Below, piece by piece: positions 9,380 through 18,394 of a stretch of 64,000 bases of DNA. The translations under genes and the position numbers were made by a program. Source of the stretch: Candidatus Acidiferrales bacterium (GTDB lineage Bacteria; Acidobacteriota; Terriglobia; Acidiferrales; UBA7541); the NCBI GenBank assembly GCA_049279675.1, contig JBAPOP010000007.1, positions 705 to 64,704 on the forward strand, read 5' to 3'. Under the pieces are notes generated by a model. It searched no databases. It was not told the origin of the DNA and worked only from the letters and a program-made list of their open reading frames with translations. Every line of letters begins with the position of its first letter. Position 1 is the first letter of the stretch.

Positions 9380-10063
9380 TTACTTCGTTGCCACGCCCGC
9401 GATGTGCGGGCCGATCAGCGGCAGCGGCACTCGAAAATGCTCCATGCAAACTTCAGAAAACCCGGCATTTTCTATGGCTTTCCACGTTTCGCGATCCGGG
9501 TGGCAGCCATCGGCGAAGTACGACGAAAAAGGCGCCATCCAACGCTGCCATTGCCGCGTACCGGAGCCGTCGGTGGCCGCGACGTGCTCGAGAAAAACGA
9601 AGTCTCCGCCCGGCTTCAAGACGCGCCGTATTTCCCCCAGCGAGGCCGCGACGTTCTCGACAGAGCAAAACACCAACGTGCTCACGATCGAGTCCACGCT
9701 GCCGTCGGCGAAATCAAGGTGGTCGGCGGATCCCTTCCGAAGCTCCACGTTCATCCCCAGCGCGCGCGCCGTGCGTTTGAGATACGGATGCATGTGCGGA
9801 TTCGGCTCGATTCCAATCCAGCGAACGCCGAGCCCGTAATATTCCAAATTCGCGCCGGTTCCCGGACCGATCTCGACGATCGTTCCGCTCAAGTTGCGAA
9901 GAAGCTCGCGCTTGCGAGTCGCAACTGCACGCTCGTGGGGTGCCTTGCAATTCGCCACCAACCACGCAAACGCGCGTTTGCGAATTCCTGCGTGGACTTG
10001 GACTGGTTCAGCTGTCACGGTGCCCTCCGGGAGGTTCGTGATCGTGGGTGTGTTGAGCGTCAT
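9380..10063 (-). CDS. Class I SAM-dependent methyltransferase inserted between pheS and pheT
   Basis: This is a 227-aa ORF with SAM motif I (IVEIGPGTGANL) and the Methyltransf_11-like motif VLKPGGDFVFLEH. It overlaps the pheS stop by 4 nt. Confidence 0.8.
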   Translation of the reverse strand: MTLNTPTITNLPEGTVTAEPVQVHAGIRKRAFAWLVANCKAPHERAVATRKRELLRNLSGTIVEIGPGTGANLEYYGLGVRWIGIEPNPHMHPYLKRTARALGMNVELRKGSADHLDFADGSVDSIVSTLVFCSVENVAASLGEIRRVLKPGGDFVFLEHVAATDGSGTRQWQRWMAPFSSYFADGCHPDRETWKAIENAGFSEVCMEHFRVPLPLIGPHIAGVATK

Positions 10064-11148
10064 GGAAATTGGCGCAGGAAACGAACGTCATTCTGAAAAA
10101 ATGCCTGCAAATCCGTGATGCCATAGCGGAGCATCGCCAGGCGATCGACCCCCATTCCAAATGCGAATCCGGAGAGGCGCTTCGGGTCGTATCCCACGAA
10201 GCCATACACCGCGGGATTCACCATTCCCGAGCCGAAAAGTTCGATCCAGCCGGAAAATTTGCATGTGCGGCAGCCGCTTCCTCCGCAGACGTGGCACGAT
10301 ACATCCACTTCCGCGGAAGGTTCGGTGAATGGGAAATAGCTCGGGCGCAAGCGCGTTTTCACCTTTGGCCCCAGCAGCGCGTGAACGAAGTAGTCCACGA
10401 CGCCGCGAAAATCGCAAAACGTGATGTCGTAATCCACCGCCAGGCCTTCGAGCTGATGAAAGATGAAGCCGTGCGTGGCATCGGGATTGTCGCGGCGATA
10501 GACCTTGCCCGGCACGATGATCCGCACCGGGGGCGGCTGCTTCTCCATGGTGCGAATCTGCATGGGCGACGTGTGCGTGCGCAGCAAATGCCCGCCGGAA
10601 CCTTCGATATAGAACGTGTCCATGTTGTCGCGCGCGGGATGATGTTCGGGAATGTTGAGCGCCTCGAAATTGTAGTAAGGCGTCTCCATCTCCGGCCCTT
10701 CGACCAGACTGAAACCGATCGCAAGAAAAATTCGCTCGAGTTCTTCGTAAGTTTGGCGAATGAGATGTGACGTGCCAACGGGCGGTTCGATGCCGGGGAG
10801 TGAAAGGTCAATCTGAGGGCCGGTCTCGAGATCCGCGACTGAACTCTTGGCGGCTTCGACCGACGCGTCGAGCGCCGTACGGAGTTGATTGAGGCCCGCG
10901 CCGATAAGTTTCTTCACGTCCGGCGGCGCCTGCTTCAACCAGTTCTCGGAGATCCGCGAACAGATTCCGTCGCGTCGCCCGAGCCACTTAACGCGGAACG
11001 CTTCGAGCGATTCGGGCCCATGTATCTGCGCCGTTTCCGAATCTGCAGCCGACCGTAGTTCCTGAAACAGTCGGTCCACATCCGTTTGCGAGCACACCTC
11101 GAGCTGATCGACACGCAACGTGGTCTTTTGGAGGACGTCCGTTGCCAT
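10060..11148 (-). CDS. pheS: Phenylalanine--tRNA ligase alpha subunit
   Basis: This is a 362-aa ORF carrying class II aaRS motifs (FRRDNPDATH, GFAFGMGVDRLAML). Confidence 0.97.
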   Translation of the reverse strand: MATDVLQKTTLRVDQLEVCSQTDVDRLFQELRSAADSETAQIHGPESLEAFRVKWLGRRDGICSRISENWLKQAPPDVKKLIGAGLNQLRTALDASVEAAKSSVADLETGPQIDLSLPGIEPPVGTSHLIRQTYEELERIFLAIGFSLVEGPEMETPYYNFEALNIPEHHPARDNMDTFYIEGSGGHLLRTHTSPMQIRTMEKQPPPVRIIVPGKVYRRDNPDATHGFIFHQLEGLAVDYDITFCDFRGVVDYFVHALLGPKVKTRLRPSYFPFTEPSAEVDVSCHVCGGSGCRTCKFSGWIELFGSGMVNPAVYGFVGYDPKRLSGFAFGMGVDRLAMLRYGITDLQAFFQNDVRFLRQFP

Positions 11149-11223
11149 TTCCGGCAGCCTCGGTAATTTTCTTTCCTGCGTGTCAGGGCGTTGCTTTCGC
11201 CTCGCCCTGTCCGTGCAGCAAAG

Positions 11224-11598
11224 CTAGCGCTTGGCAGGCGCTGCGGGGAGATGCGACTTCGCCGTTTCGACGAGTGCCTTGAATCCAGCCGCGTCGCTCA
11301 CCGCCATGTCCGCCAGGATCTTGCGGTCGAGTTCGATCCCGCCGACCTTCAACCCGTGAACCAACTGGCTGTAAGAAATCCCGTTGTTTCGCGCGGCGGC
11401 GCCGATGCGCTGAATCCACAGCGTGCGGAAATCGCGCTTTTTCGTCCGGCGGTCGCGGAAGGAATAGCGCAGCGAGCGATTCACCGCTTCCTTCGCGGAC
11501 CGGTACAGCTTGCTCTTGGTTAGGAAAAAGCCCTTGGCATGTCTTAGAAGCTTTTTGCGCTTGGCGCGCCGCTTCGTACCGCGTTTTACACGAGGCAT
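11224..11598 (-). CDS. rplT: 50S ribosomal protein L20
   Basis: This is a 124-aa ORF starting [24 protein letters not shown]. An AGGAG Shine-Dalgarno precedes the start. Confidence 0.97.
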   Translation of the reverse strand: MPRVKRGTKRRAKRKKLLRHAKGFFLTKSKLYRSAKEAVNRSLRYSFRDRRTKKRDFRTLWIQRIGAAARNNGISYSQLVHGLKVGGIELDRKILADMAVSDAAGFKALVETAKSHLPAAPAKR

Positions 11599-11914
11599 GT
11601 TTTGATTCTCCTGTTTCTAATGATTGCGTTTGATTCGAGACGTGGAGAATCGCAACGAACCGCCGCGGACCAGGCGCTTTCGCGCACAGTTTGCGGACAG
11701 GCTGGCTCATCTCCACGGCGTGTTTCGGTTGCCGCTCTCGGCGATTCAATCAACGAACCACCGGAGCTGCGTCGCGTCCCAACTTCAGACCGGGACATCC
11801 GGCCGGCAGGCCCGTCGTGGCGGGATTTCGCGCTGCCTGGCGCGGAACAACTTCTTCTAGCGAACAACTTCGATCACACAACGGATTCCTCGAGGATTCC
11901 GCTATGCCACAAAA

Positions 11915-12133
11915 TTACGCGTACGGAATCATCCGCTTGACGTTCGCCGCATCCGCGGGGCTCACTTGGATCGACTTGCGAAGCTTCCGCATTCTGCCCG
12001 GCGCCTTCGTGCCTAGCAAATGACGCTTACCGGAATGCGCGCGCATAACTTTTCCTGTCGAGGTCACTCTGAACCGCTTGGCCGCGCCGCGATGCGTCTT
12101 TAGCTTTCTAACCTTTGCTTTCGCTTTCGACAC
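11915..12133 (-). CDS. rpmI: 50S ribosomal protein L35
   Basis: This is a 72-aa ORF starting MSKAKAKVRKLKTHRGAAKRFRVTSTGKV. Confidence 0.95.
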   Translation of the reverse strand: MSKAKAKVRKLKTHRGAAKRFRVTSTGKVMRAHSGKRHLLGTKAPGRMRKLRKSIQVSPADAANVKRMIPYA

Positions 12134-12157
12134 CGTTGCACCTTCTCAGAAAAATTT

Positions 12158-12733
12158 TTATGCCTGGCCGGCTGCGGAAGATGACGCGGGCTTTGGCGTC
12201 CCGCCTCCCGTGCTAGTTTTCTTAGGTGCTAGCAGCGCCAGCAAAATATTTGCTTCCATTCGCGGCCCGAATTCGACGATGGCGTGCTCGCCGATGTCTT
12301 GCAAGAGCCGGGTCATCTTGGCGCGGCCAACGTCCTGGTGCGCCATCTCGCGCCCACGATGAAAAATCATCGCCTTTACTTTCGAGCCTTCTCCGAGAAA
12401 CTTAATGATCTGGTTTTTCCGCACCTGGTAGTCGTGCTCGGCCGTCGCCGGCCGGAACTTTACTTCCTTGATGTGCGTGGATTTCTGATGCTTCTTCTGC
12501 TCGTGCGCTTTCTTGTTCTGCTCGTAGAGGAACTTCCCGAAATCGACGAGCTTGCAGACCGGCGGCACGGCGTTGGGCGAAATCTCCACAACATCGATCC
12601 CTTGCTCGCGCGCTGCCTTCATCGCGTCAAAAAGGGACATCACCCCAAGCTGGTTCCCGGCTTCATCAACAACGCGTACTTCGCGCGCCCGGATGCGCTC
12701 ATTGACCCTCAGACCACCACCACGTTCAGCGAT
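12158..12733 (-). CDS. infC: Translation initiation factor IF-3, with a non-canonical ATC start
   Basis: The track ORF (12158..12643, GTG) lacks the conserved N-terminus. The same frame stays open up to an in-frame TAA at 12788-12790 and encodes ...IAERGGGLRVNERIRAREVRVVDEAGNQLGV-MSL.... There is no ATG, GTG or TTG in that stretch. An ATC at 12733 lies 7 nt after GGAGG (12741-12745). Confidence 0.85.
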   Translation of the reverse strand: MAERGGGLRVNERIRAREVRVVDEAGNQLGVMSLFDAMKAAREQGIDVVEISPNAVPPVCKLVDFGKFLYEQNKKAHEQKKHQKSTHIKEVKFRPATAEHDYQVRKNQIIKFLGEGSKVKAMIFHRGREMAHQDVGRAKMTRLLQDIGEHAIVEFGPRMEANILLALLAPKKTSTGGGTPKPASSSAAGQA

Positions 12734-12888
12734 AAACCCACCTCCAGAAAGTCGAACCCCCGCGGGACTGCCCGTCGGGGGTTTGGGTTACGAAGTATAG
12801 CACGAGCCGACGGGCGATCTGCAAAAGGCAATCCGTGGGCCTAGCAGGGCTTGACACCCGTGTTGATGGGAGGTCAGAATCGCGTCGA

Positions 12889-13236
12889 ATGGCAGACGAC
12901 ACGACTCGGATTGAAAGCCATGCCGGTTCCCGCGACGGCTCTCACGTCATCACGATTCATGGCCCAGTCACTATCAGTTCGGCTCCGGCTCTGCGAAAGG
13001 CTGGAGACGGGATCGCCGCGCGCGTCTTGATTGTTGATCTAACCGAAGTTCCCCACGTTGATTCATCCGCGATTGGCGTCCTCGTTCACTTTTATACATC
13101 CAGCCGCGAATCGGGCAGGAAATTGGCACTGGTGGGTTTGAGCGACCGCGTCCGAAAGACCCTCAAGAACATGAGCGTCGACAAACTTTTCAAAATCTAC
13201 CCCGTGCTCGCCGACGCCGAGAACGACCTCAACTAA
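12889..13236 (+). CDS. STAS-domain protein (anti-sigma-factor antagonist, SpoIIAA-like)
   Basis: The ATG at 12889 lies inside track ORF 12835..13236. It translates as MADDTTRIE...ITIHGPVTISSAPALRKA...VDLTEVPHVDSSAIGVLV. It carries the conserved DSS(A/G) phospho-serine motif. Confidence 0.75.
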   Translation: MADDTTRIESHAGSRDGSHVITIHGPVTISSAPALRKAGDGIAARVLIVDLTEVPHVDSSAIGVLVHFYTSSRESGRKLALVGLSDRVRKTLKNMSVDKLFKIYPVLADAENDLN

Positions 13237-13329
13237 CGTAATCGAGTGAGATTTCTTCTCGCTTACCGGAACAATTGACTGCGTGCGGAATACCTGCTTG
13301 ACGATTGTCGAGAGGACTGCCGAATCGCG

Positions 13330-15267
13330 CTAGCTCGCGCCCTTCTGTGCGATTTCCGTGTTGAGTGTACCGATGAAATCCTCAAGCGGCCGCGCGCCAA
13401 GATCGCCTTTGGCACGATGTCGCACCGACACAGTGCCCGCCTCCGCCTCTTTTCCGCCGACGACAAGCATGTAGGGAATCTTCTGAAGTTGCGCGTCTCG
13501 GATCTTCGCCTGCAATTTTTCATTGCGGTCATCGAGATGCACCCGGAATCCCGCCCCGCGAAGTTTCTCCGTCACCTGCTGCGCGTATGCCGCAACCTTT
13601 TCGCTGAGAGGCAGCACTTCCACTTGCACCGGCGCAAGCCATGCGGGAAACGCGCCCGCATAATGCTCGATCAAAATTCCAAAGAATCGCTCGACCGACC
13701 CGAGCAGCGCGCGATGGACCATCAGCGGCTGATGCCGCGAGCCATCTTCGCCAACGTATTCGAGATTAAATCGCGCGGGCAAATTGAAATCGAACTGAAC
13801 CGTGGTGAGCTGCCATGGCCGGCCAATCGCGTCAATCAGCTTCACGTCAATCTTTGGCCCGTAAAACGCTGCCTCACCTTCAATGCGCTTGAACGGGATT
13901 TTGAGTCTCTCGAGAGTGGTCTCGAGCGCGTGCGTCGCCCGCTGCCAATCTTCAGGCTTGCCTGCATAATTTTCCGGGTGCCCCGCGTCCCAATCCGATA
14001 GCTCGACCTCGTAACGGTCGAAGCCGAACGTCTTCATCACGGCGAACGCGAAGTCCACGCACGCTTCCACTTCTTGTTCGATCTGGTCCGGCATGCAGAA
14101 AATGTGCGCATCGTCCTGCGTGAAGCCGCGCACGCGCAGCAAGCCATGCAGCACGCCTGAGCGCTCGTAGCGATAGACGGTGCCAAGCTCCGCGTACCGC
14201 TGCGGAAGTTCGCGATAGCTGCGCAGCCGCGATTTGTAAATCAAAATGTGGCCCGGACAATTCATCGGCTTGAGCTGATACTCGGCCTTTTCCACTTCGA
14301 TCGCGCCAAACATGCTATCGCGATAAAAATTTGTGTGCCCGCTGGTGTTCCAGAGATCGAGCCGCATGATGTGGGGAGTGAAAACGAGGTCGTAGCCGCG
14401 GCGCAGCAATTCGTCGCGCAGCCAGTCTTCGATCAACTTGCGAATCAGCCCGCCCTTCGGGTGCCAGAAAATCAATCCCGGCCCGGCTTGTTCCTCGATG
14501 CTGAAAAGATCCAATTCGGTGCCGAGCCTGCGATGATCGCGGCGCTTGGCTTCTTCGAGTTTGTGCAAGTATTCTTCGAGCTGCGATTTTTCGACGAAAC
14601 ACGCGCCGTAGATCCGCTGCATCTGCGGATTTCCTTCGTGCCCCTTCCAGTACGCGCCGGCGACGTTGAGCAGCTTGAACGCCTGGATCCGTCCAGTGGA
14701 AGGAATGTGCGGCCCGCGGCAGAAATCTATGAATTTTCCAGTGGTGTAGAACGACACCATCGGCTCGATGGCCTTTTCTTCCACCAACTCGCACTTAAAA
14801 GTCTGATCGGAATCTTTGTATAGCTTCAGCGCCTCGGGCTTCGGCAGGAATTTTCGCTCGTTCGGAACGTCGCGAGCCGCGATCTCATGCATTTTCGCTT
14901 CAATTTTTTCGAGATCATCCGGAGTGAACGGCTCCGGGCGCAGGAATTCGTAGAAGAATCCGTAGTCAATAGGCGGCCCGATGCCGAGCTTCACGTTTGG
15001 ATACAACTCGAGCACCGCCGCGGCGAGAAGATGCGCCGCCGAGTGCCGGAAGACTTGAACCGCATCCGGATCCTTCGCGGTGAGAATCGCGAGCGACGTA
15101 TCTTGATCGAGCGGCCGGCTAAGGTCGGTCAAATCGCCGTTCGTGCGCGCGACGAGAGCCTCTTTCGCCAGCCGCGGCGAAATCTGCTTCGCCACTTCGG
15201 CCGCGGTCGTCCCTTTCGGAACTTCGCGCTTTGCGCCGTCCGGCAATGTAACTTGAATGGTATCCAT
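13330..15267 (-). CDS. thrS: Threonine--tRNA ligase
   Basis: This is a 645-aa ORF with TGS, editing, class II catalytic and anticodon-binding domains in order (MDTIQVTLPDG...). Confidence 0.97.
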   Translation of the reverse strand: MDTIQVTLPDGAKREVPKGTTAAEVAKQISPRLAKEALVARTNGDLTDLSRPLDQDTSLAILTAKDPDAVQVFRHSAAHLLAAAVLELYPNVKLGIGPPIDYGFFYEFLRPEPFTPDDLEKIEAKMHEIAARDVPNERKFLPKPEALKLYKDSDQTFKCELVEEKAIEPMVSFYTTGKFIDFCRGPHIPSTGRIQAFKLLNVAGAYWKGHEGNPQMQRIYGACFVEKSQLEEYLHKLEEAKRRDHRRLGTELDLFSIEEQAGPGLIFWHPKGGLIRKLIEDWLRDELLRRGYDLVFTPHIMRLDLWNTSGHTNFYRDSMFGAIEVEKAEYQLKPMNCPGHILIYKSRLRSYRELPQRYAELGTVYRYERSGVLHGLLRVRGFTQDDAHIFCMPDQIEQEVEACVDFAFAVMKTFGFDRYEVELSDWDAGHPENYAGKPEDWQRATHALETTLERLKIPFKRIEGEAAFYGPKIDVKLIDAIGRPWQLTTVQFDFNLPARFNLEYVGEDGSRHQPLMVHRALLGSVERFFGILIEHYAGAFPAWLAPVQVEVLPLSEKVAAYAQQVTEKLRGAGFRVHLDDRNEKLQAKIRDAQLQKIPYMLVVGGKEAEAGTVSVRHRAKGDLGARPLEDFIGTLNTEIAQKGAS

Positions 15268-15368
15268 GGATGTGAGCCGTAAGCCTTTGAATTTCTTAGC
15301 TTACTGGCCCGGCGCCCGCATGGTCAAGGCGCCATAATGAACTTCGCTGTGGTTGAGATTCGAGGTAA

Positions 15369-15677
15369 TCACGTTTGCTCGTATTCGCTCACGAGCACCT
15401 GGTGGACGTGAATGCTCGGAAAGCCCTGCGCAAAGGCCTGCACGCGCGCTAGTGCTTGATAGAAATAAAGATTCTTCTCGCTCTCATCGAGCGCCTCAAG
15501 CGAATCCCAAAGCGACAGCACTTGCACTTGAATCGGATCGGTAGCGTGCGTGTGCAGCACGAATATTCCGCGAAATCCCACCTGCTTCTTCATCAAGGGA
15601 ATCAGGGAAGCGACTGCTTTGGCGAATTCCTCACTCTTGCCCGGAAGTATGTGGAATTGTGTCACGCGCGCGTGCAT
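15369..15677 (-). CDS. ABM-fold (ferredoxin-like alpha+beta barrel) protein
   Basis: This is a 102-aa ORF starting MHARVTQFHILPGKSEEF...VLSLWDSLEALDES. It has the pattern of antibiotic-biosynthesis-monooxygenase-like small proteins. Confidence 0.5.
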   Translation of the reverse strand: MHARVTQFHILPGKSEEFAKAVASLIPLMKKQVGFRGIFVLHTHATDPIQVQVLSLWDSLEALDESEKNLYFYQALARVQAFAQGFPSIHVHQVLVSEYEQT

Positions 15678-15797
15678 GGAATCCTCCTAGCTCCGCGTGA
15701 ATAAATTGACGTGCCACGAGCCTAGCGCAACGACTCCCGGTAGTAAATACGGCTTACTCGCCCAGATATTCAGAGCCAGTTTGCCGAACGTCACCAA

Positions 15798-16040
15798 TCA
15801 CTCTGAACCCGGATTGTTCCTCTCGGTGTGGTCACGGTCGTTCTCGACCCACACCATTCCCTTTGCTATCCCTCGTAGCTCGCGAATCGAGCGGTGCCGA
15901 TCCAGATGCAACGTTCCTTCCAACTCGTAAATAAGCAGCTTTTGACCTGGCCGAAGCTTTAGCTTTTCGCGTAAGTCCTTGGGGTTAGTGATCTGATATT
16001 TTTGTCGCAACTTCAGAACGCGTTTTGAATTCATCGTCAT
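15798..16040 (-). CDS. AbrB/MazE/SpoVT-family DNA-binding protein (antitoxin-like, no adjacent toxin)
   Basis: This is an 80-aa ORF with YQITNPKDLREKLKLRPGQKLLIYELEGTLHL, which matches a SpoVT/AbrB swapped-hairpin motif. Its start overlaps the stop of the SDR gene. Confidence 0.6.
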   Translation of the reverse strand: MTMNSKRVLKLRQKYQITNPKDLREKLKLRPGQKLLIYELEGTLHLDRHRSIRELRGIAKGMVWVENDRDHTERNNPGSE

Positions 16041-16885
16041 TTCTTCCTAGCTTGCTCGAGCTTCTCCCAATCCTTATCGGGCAAGTCGAGGAAATCATTA
16101 AATTCGCCCGCGCCGCGCAGCCACAACCCGCCGTCGATTACCACGCATTCGCCGTTCACGTACTCAGCTTGCTGGCTCAGCAGATACGAAGCAAGATTCG
16201 CAAGCTCGTCGTGCCTTCCAAATCGCTTCATCGGATGATGATTTTTCGCGCGGTCTTCCAATTCTTTCGAAGGCAGCAGCCGCGACCAAGCACCTTCCGT
16301 GGGGAACGGGCCGGGCGCAATGGCGTTCAAGCGAATCCTGTGTCGCGCCCATTCGACGGCGAGCGACCGCGTCATCGCCAGAACTCCGGCTTTCGCGCAC
16401 GCCGAAGGCACCACAAATCCCGAGCCGGAATCCGCAGCCGCGTACGTCGTCACGATATTTAAAATGTTCCCTGGCTGTTTCGCCGCGATCCAGCGCCGGC
16501 CAAGCGCCAGCGTGAAATGGAACGATCCTTGCAAAACGATTCCGATAACGGCATTGAACGCGTTCGGCGACAATTTTTCCGTGCGCGCGATGAAATTGCC
16601 TGCGGCGTTGTTTACGAGAGTGTCCACGGCGCCGAATTCCTTCTCGGCGGCAGCAATTGCGTTTTCAACCGCCGCAAAGTCACGGACATCGCATTTCGCA
16701 TAACCCGCTTTCACACCTTTGGCTCGAATATCATTCGCGGTTTGCACGAGCGGCTCTTCGCGCCGCGCCACAAGAAACAGATTCGCGCCGAGTTCTGCGA
16801 ATCTCAGCGCCATCGAACGCCCAAGTCCGGTGCCGCCGCCGGTGATGAGAATGTTGCGGCCTTTCAATAAATCGCGTTCAAACAT
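16037..16885 (-). CDS. SDR-family oxidoreductase, 2,4-dienoyl-CoA-reductase-like
   Basis: This is a 282-aa ORF with a TGGGTGLG Rossmann motif and the NNAAGNF motif. It has the DECR/PECR-type active-site region SACAKAG. Confidence 0.85.
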   Translation of the reverse strand: MFERDLLKGRNILITGGGTGLGRSMALRFAELGANLFLVARREEPLVQTANDIRAKGVKAGYAKCDVRDFAAVENAIAAAEKEFGAVDTLVNNAAGNFIARTEKLSPNAFNAVIGIVLQGSFHFTLALGRRWIAAKQPGNILNIVTTYAAADSGSGFVVPSACAKAGVLAMTRSLAVEWARHRIRLNAIAPGPFPTEGAWSRLLPSKELEDRAKNHHPMKRFGRHDELANLASYLLSQQAEYVNGECVVIDGGLWLRGAGEFNDFLDLPDKDWEKLEQARKK

Positions 16886-16972
16886 CGTTCACCGCCTTTC
16901 GTTTCACGGACACTCTAAAGGAATCGCAAGTGATCGCGCGAAACAATTTGGAATCGCCGCCAGAAAGGAAAA

Positions 16973-18394
16973 CTAGAAATCGATGTGTGCGCGAAGCGCT
17001 GGAACAAGCACGGGGCCGCGCGCCTCGTTGTATCCGGGATCGTTGATGTGCTGCAGATCGAAAGACGCGAAAATACCGCGCCAGAGATGCGCAGTGTAAT
17101 AGGTTTCGAAGATTTTTTCGCCACCGTAACTGAGCGCGCCGTCGCCGAGAATAAATCCAAGCCCGCCGAGCGCCAAATAGCGCGCGTGGTCGCCGGAAAT
17201 GCCGTTGATCGTGAACACGGCTCCAGTTCGGTCGTAGCGCCGGTGCCACGCGGCTCCCTTTAAGTAAGCGCCTCCTTCGGCGGTTCGATCCACTTCGGTG
17301 TAAGCGAAAGATTCGTTATGCCCATCGCTCCAGCCCAAGCGCAAGAAGATGCCGAATTGAGAGGCGAGGTCCTGCTCGAAATTCAATCCGAGGCCGTACT
17401 TGTGCCGTCCCTCGCGGCGCGTTCCGATAATGCTAGGCCGAATGCTGGTTTGGCCGTCAAGAAACTCGTCAATAGCCTCGCGGTAGTTCCCCATGTTCGC
17501 GTGGTTCAGATAGGTCAGCACGCGGACCACGCCGGCGCGCCCGGGCAGGAAGTTTCTACGCCACTCGCCCTCCAGATTCTCCGCGCGAGCGCGCGCCAGA
17601 TCAGCATCCAGATGAATTCCGTTCGCCACCTTCGGCATCATCGCTTCGGCGAAGCGCACCGACCACGAGTGATCGTCATATTCGAGCATCGCTGCGTCGG
17701 TATAGCCGCGCGTGTTCGCCGCGTAGTCGTAGGCGCCGTTGTTGTCCACCGCCCAGTTGAGAAACTGCAGATGGCTGTCGCTGCCGCCCGAGTTCGCGTC
17801 AAAAAAATCCACGAGGCTGAATTTGCCTACGCGGAATTCGATACGTCGCGCCGGGAGCGATGTTGCCAGTCCGAGAGGTCCTCGCTCAGCAGCTATGCGC
17901 TCGTCGCTGAGTGGAATGATTTGCCGCACGATGAATCGCGCAAGGTACGGATCTGTCGAAAGCGGCACGCCCTGGACCGTGCGGACCGCATCCAGATCAG
18001 TAAAGCCAGCCACTCCGAGAGCGCTCCCAACGCCGCCTCCCGTCGCGTCCTCTACGTCCGCCAAGATTTCTGTCGTATGCGTAAGCTCATAACCCGTGTA
18101 GAGCGTCAGGATGTGCGTTGTAGCGCTTTGCGAGCCGGGCGAGAGACTATTCGGTCCGCTGTATTTAGCGAAGAAAGTCGGGTGCCACTGAAAAATGACG
18201 TTTGCCTGTCCCGAGATCCAGTAGCGGCTTGTATCGGAGTGCGGGAAGAGAGTTAGAGGAGTGTGGTCAGAAGGCTGGTCTGCGGCGGACGGTTCTGCAA
18301 CCGTCGCGTCCGATGTTTCAGTCGTGCTGGACTGGGCGAACGCTATGTACGGCGTTGCGATCGATACGAGTATCAGACACACAAATCGCAACAT
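16973..18394 (-). CDS. Carbohydrate-selective porin, OprB family
   Basis: The track ORF is 16973..18466. The likely start is the ATG at 18394, which gives the signal peptide MLRFVCLILVSIATPYIAFAQS. It has OprB-like beta-barrel sequence (WISGQANVIFQWHP..., C-terminal ...RAHIDF). Confidence 0.75.
   Translation of the reverse strand: MLRFVCLILVSIATPYIAFAQSSTTETSDATVAEPSAADQPSDHTPLTLFPHSDTSRYWISGQANVIFQWHPTFFAKYSGPNSLSPGSQSATTHILTLYTGYELTHTTEILADVEDATGGGVGSALGVAGFTDLDAVRTVQGVPLSTDPYLARFIVRQIIPLSDERIAAERGPLGLATSLPARRIEFRVGKFSLVDFFDANSGGSDSHLQFLNWAVDNNGAYDYAANTRGYTDAAMLEYDDHSWSVRFAEAMMPKVANGIHLDADLARARAENLEGEWRRNFLPGRAGVVRVLTYLNHANMGNYREAIDEFLDGQTSIRPSIIGTRREGRHKYGLGLNFEQDLASQFGIFLRLGWSDGHNESFAYTEVDRTAEGGAYLKGAAWHRRYDRTGAVFTINGISGDHARYLALGGLGFILGDGALSYGGEKIFETYYTAHLWRGIFASFDLQHINDPGYNEARGPVLVPALRAHIDF

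Noticed and set aside
15268-15368. Hairpins in the thrS 5' region (GGCGCC...GGCGCC and GTAAGC...GCTTAC) could be a ThrRS autoregulatory operator.
   Set aside because: The stems are short and generic. I could identify no anticodon-arm mimic with the tRNA-Thr anticodon loop. This is not supportable from the sequence alone.
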